A stretch of DNA of 64,000 bases from Octopus vulgaris. Taxonomy: Eukaryota. The stretch lies in NCBI GenBank assembly GCA_951406725.2, contig OX597820.1, positions 6,200,001 through 6,264,000 of the forward strand. The letters run 5' to 3'. Positions within the stretch are counted from its first letter, which is position 1, and every line of letters starts with the position of its first letter. This document shows positions 51,993 to 64,000 of the stretch, in pieces. Under the pieces are notes generated by a model that had not been told where the DNA came from, did not search any database, and saw only the letters and a list, made by a program, of their open reading frames with translations. A program made the position numbers and the translations under genes.

Positions 51993-52783
51993 GTGTGTGT
52001 GTACGCGTGTAGGTATGTATACACACACTCGAATGAGAAACCTCTCATTAGCTACCTGTTTATACAAATCGCACAAAGATATACACGCTTACGTAGGCTG
52101 GCAGGCACACACGCACACACACACATACATGTACATTCACATGCATACACGAATACACACGCATGCGCACACAGATGCACACACAGAAGGACCGAAGACG
52201 ATTTGTTTCCATCCGTTCGTTGCTGATCCTCCTCCAATGTCCCTGCGTTCCATCTGACTAAAAATCGTTTTGATACTCTTAAACAATTTCTGAGTTCTTT
52301 TACCCTGCTCCCTAGAAAAGTATCATACTCCGTTAATGCAGCTTCACCCAATGGATGCCAAATGTAAGCTGGAATTTCCCTGTAGAGTTTTGCACAGCCC
52401 AGTTCCTTTCAAGAATGACTGGAGATCAAAGGTATCTCACAGAAACTTGTTTGCACTCTCTACCCTCCGGATATTCCATTTCTTGCTCTTGTACTCAGCA
52501 TAAGAACCTTGGTAAAAATCTATTTTGACAACATCACACCTCCAGCTTTCCTGTTAAAACGTTGTTTCTAGTGGCAGCGAGTCCTTGTTTCAAATGGATC
52601 TCAATATGATTTGTAACAGAACAAAATTTATGCAAACAACACTCACACGTGTTTATATGCATACATATTATATCCATCCATCTATCTATTTATCCCCCCA
52701 TCCATCCATCCATCTATTTATCCATCCATCCATCCATCCATCTATCTATTTATCCATCCATCCATCCATCCATCTATCTATTT

Positions 52784-52817
<34 letters not shown>

Positions 52818-52820
52818 CCG

Positions 52821-52860
<40 letters not shown>

Positions 52861-53172
52861 GATATATATATCTAACACCATATGTATTTTCCTTTCATTC
52901 CCACTCCAGAGTTGGATCTACGGTTGAAACCGTATTTGGTACTTACATACCCACAACATCCTATCAGCCCTTGAATCCTTCAATGCTGTTCGCCTCAATG
53001 TGAGCTCTATGTTTACGTACCTAGCCATTTCTGGCGTTCTGCGGGATGATGTGCCTAGTTCCTATTGAATCCTTAAAACTAGCTTTACATGTATATACAC
53101 GAACATACACATACACAAATAAACACACACACACCACACTGAAACATATGTTCTCACATGTATATACATATA

Positions 53173-53516
53173 TTCGGAGACCCCCTTCGGTCACGACACA
53201 GACCATGGGATTGCACCTAGAAAGTTACCCTCCCAGACACAAGTCCGGGCGAGGTTGTTTATGGAAGACCAGCAGTCGCCCATGCATACCAGCCTCCCCT
53301 CTCCACGCCACCAGTGTTATCCAAGGGAAAGACAAAGGGGTCGATACAGCTTGGCACCAGTGACGTCGCAACTCATTTCTACAGCTGAGTGAACTGGAGC
53401 AACGTGAAATAAAGTGTCTTGCTCAAGAACACAACACGCAGCCCGGTCCGGGATTCGAGCTCACAACCTCACGATCGTAAGCTCGACGCTCTAACCACTG
53501 AGCCATGCGCTTTCAC
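53173..53516 (-). mobile_element. SINE with a family B head and a different tail
   Basis: Head GTGAAAGCGCATGGCTCAGTGGTTAGAGCGTCGAGCTTACGATCG and core shared with 14581. The tail (GACCAGCAGTCGCCCATGC..) is unrelated. Confidence 0.85.
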
Positions 53517-53520
53517 ATAT

Positions 53521-53589
<69 letters not shown>

Positions 53590-54202
53590 TTGGCACACGT
53601 AGATAGCTAAATGCAAACTAACGTATCAAACCACCTCAGTGTATTTACGTTAGAACATCTAAAACAACGTCTAATTAATACTTTTAACAGTTCATTAATT
53701 GACTGATAAATATAAATTATTAATTTGAGAATTGGTGTAAATCCGAGCAAGCTATTTAAGTAGTTATGAAAATAATCAATGTGTTTATTGAAGTATACAA
53801 GAAAGGATTTTCTGGAGGCAAAAAGCATGCGATACTCCAACAGATTTAAATCTTTGAAGCTTTTACATTCTTCAAAAAGTTGTCTATAACGAAGTCGTTC
53901 TATTGTTTGTGTGTGACCTGCTGAATAGAGTAACGATAATTATACGTATTTTAATGGATGTAGACAGATGTAATAATATCTGGCACTTGGGGCCCCGTTC
54001 AATACATAATATTATAGAATCTAGATAACAATATTCGATTAACGTATGTCGGCAGTAGGTTATATAATGTTGCTGTAGATAGAAATCGTAATCTTTTCCA
54101 ACATTGCCTGCTTAAAGTGATGCGGGAAAAACCTGCATATCTCTGCAGTAATGAGTTATCTCCGTTGATCTAGTTTTTTTTTTCTTTTCTTTTTTACATC
54201 TA

Positions 54203-54603
54203 TTCTCGTTTACTCTTTTACTCTTTTACTTGTTTCAGTCATGTGACTGTGGCCATGCTGGAGCATCGCCTTTAGTCGAGCAAATCGACCCCCAGGACTT
54301 ATTCTTTGTAAGCCTAGTACTTATTCTATCGGTCTCTATTGACGAACCGCTAAGTGACGGGGACGTAAACACACCAACATCGGTTGTCAAGCGATGCTGG
54401 GGAGGGGGAACACAGACACACAAACACAGACACATATATAAACATATATACGACGGGCTTCTTTCAGTTTCCGTCTACCAAATCCACTCAAAAGGCTTTG
54501 GTCGGCCCGAGGCTATAGTAGAAGACACTTGCCCAAGGTGCCACGCAGTGGGACTGAACCCGGAACCATGTGGTTCGTAAGCAAGCTACTTACCACACAG
54601 TCA
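54203..54603 (-). mobile_element. SINE family A, near full length
   Basis: The reverse complement is colinear with 4380-4780. Confidence 0.9.
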
Positions 54604-54965
54604 GGTAATATTACTATGATGCTTATGTTATGGGGGATTGATAGAAATGAAGGGACAGCTATTTCTCATTATTTCTAGCAATGCATTCTTCGTGCGTGTT
54701 TCACATTCTCTGTCTGGAAATTTTTCACTATGCCAGCTGGACAGAGTTAGTAACACGTGTGAGATAATGAGAAACAAAATAGTTACATTAAAAACAGACT
54801 GCAAGAGGCAGACAAACAAAGAGTTTGAGGTTAGACAAACGTACTACCGCCATCATTATCATCGCTCTTCTTGTCAATCTCCATTCATTCTTGTTTTTCA
54901 TTCTCTAAATATCTGTATTCTTCAATTCCAGGTGACAGAGAAAGTAAGAAGGAGGGAGAGAGAGG

Positions 54966-55043
<78 letters not shown>

Positions 55044-55221
55044 GACAGAGGAACCGGAGAGAGAAGTGTTGAGAGAGCAAGCTTTATATTAGTACTCCAT
55101 TTCGACTTTACGGCTCTCTGCATTTCATTGCCAGAAATTATTGGGTGGTTTGAGGGAGAATTTTAGCTTTTTCTTTTACAAAATAAATGTTACAGAATCT
55201 TCCGTGTGTACTTGTGAATAA

Positions 55222-55344
<123 letters not shown>

Positions 55345-55550
55345 AGGGTTTAGAATTTTGGTTTTGAAGTTTCGGAATACATACATGTAATTGGTATACA
55401 TACACACGCTTACACATACACACACACACACACACACACAAATGTATACATCAATGCATACATTCACACAGACACTGACACCCACCTACAGACACCCACA
55501 TACACACACATGTAAATATAGGTATCTACGTGCATATTCACTCACACACA

Positions 55551-55592
<42 letters not shown>

Positions 55593-55796
55593 TGAAAAAA
55601 CCGAACACCGATAGACATGTATAAACACACACTTCCAGTAACATATATATACAACTGTACTCCCAACAATTTATACACGCAACCATATTTGTACATGTCT
55701 AAATGCAAGTACATAAATATATTTGCGCTACGTAAATATATCTATAAACGTACATACATACACACACACAGATATACATGTAACATTAAATGCATT

Positions 55797-55833
<37 letters not shown>

Positions 55834-55870
55834 ACACACATATATATATATATACATATCAAATAACAGA

Positions 55871-55979
<109 letters not shown>

Positions 55980-56301
55980 CCGACAGCACCATCAATATAT
56001 CGAATCACTGTAAAATTGGAGCCATTCAAGTGTACAGACGTATCTATCGATTTTATTATCGAAACAATATTGTTGGCTGTTTTATTAAGTATTTTATTAA
56101 GTATTACTGGATAATTTGGTATAAAGTTGTTGTTAGAATTCCAATATGCAAATGTATAGACATACATATATACATACATACGTTTATTATGCATATATAT
56201 ATATATATATACTTATGTATATACATATAAAATTACATGTTTGTATAGAATTTTGTGTACTTATTTAAACGCTGTTTATATATATATATCTATATGAATA
56301 T

Positions 56302-56333
<32 letters not shown>

Positions 56334-56744
56334 GTATGTATATATATATATATATATATACACACGCATGAACACACCTTTCACATATATTATGTATGTA
56401 TATTTACATATATATTTTGAATATGTATATGTATAAAAAAATCAAAGTGAATCATATTTGTGCATATATTCGTATATATATTATATATATAATTACATAT
56501 ATGAGTGTGTGTGCGTATACACATATATACATGCATGTGCACACACACACACATATATATATATACATATATATATGTATGTATATATATATACACACTC
56601 ACACACATATATATATATAGAGGAATATATGCACAAATGTGTTTCGCATTCATTTATTTATATACAGACACACACATTTATATATGCATATGGACATACG
56701 TACGCACAAAAATTCATACATAAATATAAAAAAATATATGTATG

Positions 56745-57068
56745 TGTTTCAGTCATTTGACTGCGGCCATGCTGGAGCACCGCCTTTTAGAGTGGTGAAA
56801 GAGTACAGCAGGGATCACCACCTCCTGCCGGAGCCTCGTGGAGCTTTTAGGTGTTTTTTCGCTCAATAAACACACACAACGCCCGATTCCCAGACCGGGC
56901 GTTGTGTGTGTTTATTGAGCGAAAAAAACACCTAAAAGCTCCACGAGGCTCCGGCAGGAGGTGGTGATCCCTGCTGTACTCTTTCACCACTCTAAAAGGC
57001 GGTGCTCCAGCATGGCCGCAGTCAAATGACTGAAACAAGTACAAAAAAAAAAAAAAAAAAAAAAAAAA
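56745..57068. repeat. Near-perfect inverted repeat of a chimeric SINE C/A, followed by poly(A)
   Basis: Arms 56745-56885 and 56896-57037 differ only by one base in a T/A homopolymer. The spacer is 10 bp (ATTCCCAGAC) and an A-run lies at 57043-57068. Confidence 0.92.
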
Positions 57069-58377
57069 TGTGTGTATAATGTTTTCTGTTCTTGTTTTAT
57101 CTTTACTAGTCCATCTCGCACGCAGCTGCCATGCTGGAGTACAGCCGTTATCTTTGGTATCATATGCATATCCTGTCACACACACACACACAAATATATA
57201 TATATATATATATGCATTTGAATGTTATTGTTATCTCGTTTTAGTTTGACCTGGCAGACCAATCGTATGATGACACCAGTGTTACTGCTTGTTGGGCCCA
57301 TGTTAACCTTTAAAGAACCCTGTTCATACTTCGTTTCTTCTCACTCATATAATTACAAATCAAACCCATCGATAATTTACATTCTCCCGCCTACCTTTGG
57401 TTTTGTTCGTAGACATTAAAAACCTAGTTCTACACCATGCATTCTGTCGCCCACTTTTCAAAATGGCCTTAACTGTTTTGTGAGGGAGATTAGGCTGCTC
57501 TTCGGAATAAGTCAATCAACTGCTTAAATACCCTTGCTGCCTCGTTACTGCCACATTGACGTAAACTGGAATACAACGCTAAATACTGTGCAATAGAATC
57601 ACCATTTAGAATCTGCGAAAATATACACACATGAAGAATCTGTCAAGAGACCGGTTTCGAAAATTCTCTACGACCGCTTGTTTCCCGTCTCCGCCATTGC
57701 CTTACCTTCGTCTTTATTAATATTCACCTCTCGGCACTACGCACTTTTCTTGTATCTTTCTGCAAACTAATTTTCCGATATAACCTTTTTCCATATCAAT
57801 GCCAAATCTTTTGAATTCCAACAAACCAATCTCCTTACTAGTTTATTTTCAAATATTTGTGTTATTCCATTTGGTTTGTATGTCAAAATGTATATATAAA
57901 GTACTTTCTTTCTTAACTCGCTACTACATGAAACAAACTTTTTCTAGTCATAAAACAGAAGTGTTAGACACAAAAATTTCACACAAATGAACACAATGTT
58001 TCCTGTTTAACCACAGACACATAGTTAAAATATATTACAAGAACAACAGAACAACATATATGTGAAAGCACATATTTAGAAGTCATAAAATGTTCTTGAG
58101 ACAGCCAATGTAATATAGAAACTTCCAGGTAAAAATGAGCGGTGTAAATTTCCTGCCTAAAATTGTTACACCTGGCATACATGGACGCCATTTTCTCACC
58201 TGCTGAGGATGCGTTTGCAACTAGGAGATAATATAATGGATGAAGTAAAACATTACTGTAAACTAGATCGAAAACTATTTCGTTGAAAACAGGTTTAAGG
58301 ATTAATTATGGAACTGCTACGAAGAGTTATTTACAAATTAAAACTTACATCTAAAGTTAAACAATTCTAAATCCGGT

Positions 58378-58665
58378 AATGATGATGATGCTGATGACGA
58401 CGACGACGATGATGATGACGATGATGATAATGATGATGATGAGGATGATGATGATGATGATGAAGATGATAATTATGATGATGATGATGACGATGATGAT
58501 GATGACGATGACGATGACGATGAAGATGATGATGATTATTATTATGATGATGACGATGACGATGATGATGATGACCATGATGATAATTATGATGATGATG
58601 ATGATAATTATGATGATGATGATGATGACGATGATGATGATGACGATGATGATGATGATAACGAA

Positions 58666-58703
<38 letters not shown>

Positions 58704-58803
58704 CAATGACGACGATGATGACGACGATTAGAATTATGATGATGCTGATGCTGATGATGATGACAATGATAATGATGACGATGATGATGATGGTGATGAT
58801 GAT
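58378..58803. repeat. Degenerate (GAT/GAC)n microsatellite
   Basis: About 140 triplets. Confidence 0.9.
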
Positions 58804-59284
58804 AGATACGACATCATTCTCGTGATCTGATGCTGCCTTATACAAAACGCCGCAGCAACGACTCGACGCTACCATCATTTGATTAAATAAATGAGGCCAC
58901 GAATGTCTTGGAACGCTAATGGACTTAGGAATATTATTGCTTCAAACTCAATATAATGGATTAATAAGGAAATATGAAAAAAAAAAAATGTCTTTGATAA
59001 AAAGAAAAATAATAAACACCAACGCAGACGTGTTTTTAATAAAACACACCCACACGCATACACACTCACACAACTACACATGCACCAGTTCCTTCACACA
59101 ATTACACAGATACATGTACACACATGCACAAACACAACAAGCACGCTTATATTGAATTAGAAAGCTTCGGAGTCAATTATGACGAGTTCACAGCAGTGAT
59201 ACATATATTAGCCTAACATCAGACGAATGTGATTTGACACACATTGCCGTACACACACACACACACAAACACAGACAGACTCAA

Positions 59285-59317
<33 letters not shown>

Positions 59318-59746
59318 TACACTCATACATATACATCAATACGCACATATTTAATAGACGAACACATGCAAATACATGCATAAGTACATAAGTGGCCCCC
59401 CCACATACATACACCGCTCACACGATAAAAATGACGGAACTTGACAGGAATTAATACATATATAGGAGTGTATTTGTATGTCTGTCTGTGTGTATATATG
59501 GTTGCATGTGTTCATGTATATATGCATACGTTTATACATATGTATGCATATATGCATATATATATACATATACACGTACATATATGCACATATATATACA
59601 TATACATACATACATATATGCGTATATATATACATATACATACATATATGCATATATATAGACATATACATACATACATATATGCATATATATATACATA
59701 TACATATACATACATGCATATATTTATATATATACATAAACATACA

Positions 59747-59786
<40 letters not shown>

Positions 59787-59817
59787 CATACATACATACA
59801 TACACATATATATATAG

Positions 59818-61205
<1,388 letters not shown>

Positions 61206-61846
61206 AAAAGAGGATATATATATATATATATATACCCGGATCATCTGGAAACGAATGTATCATATACCTCAACTATCGCGGGTGAACATACACGAAGTAG
61301 AAACAGTATTGTACTCTATGTTTTTTTAATAATTTGTATATATTTATGTTATTATAAATGCAAAACAACGCCACGGAGGGATTGACGCAAGCTCAAATAA
61401 TAAACCGCGATATGGCGAGGGTTTACTGGATCTATATCTTTTAGTAATTTTAGCCATTGGACTGCGGCCATGGTATTCACTTGAAAATTATTTAAAAAAA
61501 ACACATTAAAATATTTTCTGTTTAAAGAAAGCTTAAATATAAATATTTACTGTACAAACTACTTACATTTTTGAAATCACATTCACTTAAAAATATTTCT
61601 AAATGATTAACATATTACGGAGATGTACTTGCATAGCAAGTGACTTGATTTGAGATCGTGTATTGAATCCAAAACAAGTGTAACGTAGGAGATGTTTGTA
61701 AGCCATTTAAGAACACGCGAAAAACTTCAGCATTGAAATTTTATTTTCGCCGCTTTGAAGTTCACTGACAAAACTTCAAGCTGTGTTTAACAAAAGAAAA
61801 AATAGAAACATTCTTTCTCTTCTGTTCTTCTCCGTCACAACATATG

Positions 61847-62047
61847 AATGACCTGGGCATTGATATGAGCAATGATGCATCTTTCCAAGTGCATATTGCC
61901 AATTTGGTAATAAAATGCAGACGGCTAGCTGGATAGATACTCCGAACTTTCAGAACAAGGGAGAAGGAAGCACTGATGGTCCTGTGGAAGACTATTTGGA
62001 CTACTGCTCCCAATTATGGTCACCACACAATATAAAGTTAACAGCAA
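61847..62047 (+). mobile_element. CR1/L2-group LINE RT thumb fragment
   Basis: NDLGIDMSNDASFQVHIANLVIKCRRLAG*ILRTFRTREKEALMVLWKT/LDYCSQLWSPH. Confidence 0.85.
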
Positions 62048-62054
62048 TCGCAGA

Positions 62055-62192
62055 ATAACTCATTTTGCCAGCTGAGTAACGGGAAATGAACTGTTTTGCT
62101 CAAGACAACAACGCATCGCCCGGTCCAAGAATCGAAACCACAATCTTACGATCATGAGTCGAACACCCTAACCACTAAGCCACGAGCCTCCA
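62055..62192 (-). mobile_element. SINE family B head fragment
   Basis: Reverse complement TGGAGGCTCGTGGCTTAGTGGTTAGGGTGTTCGACTCATGATCG..GTTTCGATTC. Confidence 0.8.
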
Positions 62193-62527
62193 TACACACA
62201 CACACACACACATACACATTATAAGGCTCTATAGTTGTGAATCTGTGCCGCAGTCTCTCATAGTGATTTCAGAGAAGCTACATCTCACACGTTCCATAGT
62301 GCGAATTCCCTGTCATCCGCATGTCTTTTCACTTATTTTATAGTTTGTGAGTTGCTGCTGAAATCACCGATGATCTTTTCGGGGGAGCTCTATGAACCCA
62401 TCGACAGAGAATCCCCATCGTTCTATCTCAATTTATGCTATTACCATTTTATCCAGCTCAACCTGTGGCTCCAAGCTGTAACCGCTCACTTACTGCCATT
62501 TCAGTTTTTTTTTTTAACTTTTTAAAA

Positions 62528-62706
62528 ATTTATTTATTTAGTTTCAGCTCACAAGCTGTGGCCATGCTGGGGTACCGCCATTTGGTGTTGCTACATGATT
62601 TTACTTCACGAATGCTTTTTAGCAATTGCCATCTGGTGCATGAGAGAGTTCGATGCAGCTGCCCTCATCTGCACCTCCTGCCGTGAAGTTGGTTCATCTG
62701 GGACAC
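62528..62706 (-). mobile_element. LINE 3' terminus (CR1/L2-group-like) with a SINE A-type tail
   Basis: VPDEPTSRQEVQMRAAASNSLMHQ, then GGCGGTACCCCAGCATGGCCACAGC-TTGTGA-GCTGAAAC and (TAAA)n. Confidence 0.7.
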
Positions 62707-63748
62707 TTTTGTTTTTACTTTTCTTTCTGTTTTAGTATTTTTTTCTATTCCTATAAAGATTTTATCAACCAACCCTCTAAATTGATCATATCTCTACAAT
62801 ACACGAAAATACTTTACCAATTCTTTTTACTACAATTCCTAATAATGCTTAATTATAAAAATGTAATAGAATTTTTTAAACATGGATTAGTTGTGAGGGA
62901 GCGTCTGAGTAAAATAACAATCACGATGCTCTCGAGCATTCTGTATTTTGTGCTGATGCGTCTCTCCTATTTTAAGAGGGCAATGTGTGGTTATATGCTA
63001 TGATATCACCAAGTAGACCGTAAATATTTATAGCTTCCGAAACGCTTTGTTAAAGAAAAAAAATCCCCGTATTTTTTGGCGTACCTGGCACTACATTAGC
63101 CTCAAAAATTTCGATATAAATATGTTTTGTAAGGTAAAAGAACCACAACAACAACAGCAACAACAACAGAGACAAACAAAAACTTGAGATTCTGATGAAA
63201 AGGAAAATGCAGTAAAAAAAATATTCTCAATAGATGGAAGTTTGAATCAACCATACAAAGCAGAAACGATGAGTGCTTTTCCTTTCATAGTTATTTATCA
63301 GATTTTCACACACCTAAGTGCGTTTGCTATTCTGGAAATATGCTAAGGACAGATAAAAGCATTATCAGGGATGTGGAATGAGAACTAACTAGGAATTACC
63401 ATTATTTAGTGCAAAGCATCTTTCGGGACTAGATAGGTGGGGAACCAAGATTGCAGTTTTATTTTGAATTTTCTATAGGAATATATTGTATGTATTTTAT
63501 TTTTAGCTCTCTCACACAAACTGTTTTTCACAGAAACTATTTTGGCATTCACTTACCTCCGTTTACCGACTATTTTTAGATTTCAAACCGTTTCGTTGCA
63601 ACATTTACTATACATTCGCAACTTTCAGAACAGTAAATTTAATAAACAAATAAATAAATGCTAGATGTTCTTGTCGTACACGTTTTCTGTGTGTGTGTGT
63701 TGTGTGTGTGTGTGTCTTTGTGCGTGTGTGCCTACACATATGAACACA

Positions 63749-63780
<32 letters not shown>

Positions 63781-63783
<3 letters not shown>

Positions 63784-63865
63784 TTTTATTCTTTTACTTG
63801 CTTCAGTCATTAGACCTGCGGCCATGCTGGAACACTGCCTTGGAGAATATATATATATATTCGTC

Positions 63866-63941
<76 letters not shown>

Positions 63942-64000
63942 GACGAATTTCCTTCAGTTTCCGTCTACCAAATCCACTCTCAAGGCTTTGGTCGGCTCGA
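63781..64000 (-). mobile_element. SINE family A with its middle replaced by a TA-centred palindrome
   Basis: Tail at 63781-63845, 5' half from about 63941, palindrome at 63859-63948. Confidence 0.75.

Noticed and set aside
52180-52600. Complex, higher-GC stretch
   Set aside because: Stops occur in the frames I read and no family motif was recognised. It may be an old TE relic.
61615-61730. Faint resemblance to the antisense U2 snRNA 3' end
   Set aside because: The similarity is too weak to support a call.
63557-63632. Minus-strand GTAAGT donor and hammerhead-like GTTGC..GCAAC GAAA
   Set aside because: All three frames are closed, and the core is incomplete (CTGAAA) with no clear stem I or III.

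Overview
This is AT-rich eukaryotic DNA, dense in microsatellites and almost entirely intronic or intergenic. The SINE families and the TA/TG/GATA/TAA microsatellite load suggest a coleoid cephalopod, probably Octopus (inference). Nearly all ORF-track entries are translations of microsatellites. The only host-gene candidate is one 118-bp minus-strand exon (12801-12918). The rest is transposable-element debris: four tRNA-derived SINE families (my labels A-D), RTE, R4/Dong and CR1/L2-like LINE fragments, mariner and DD37D (maT) relics, non-autonomous Helitrons, a Helentron/HINE, MITEs, and Penelope-like GIY-YIG relics. The most notable unannotated signal is a set of minimal type-I hammerhead-ribozyme motifs in several repeat families. 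One family has a conserved non-canonical CUGUNGA core, and another has an extended stem II and inverted ends. There are also several near-perfect fold-back palindromes and a LINE 3' end that matches the tail of SINE family A. All family assignments come from motif recognition, not database searches.
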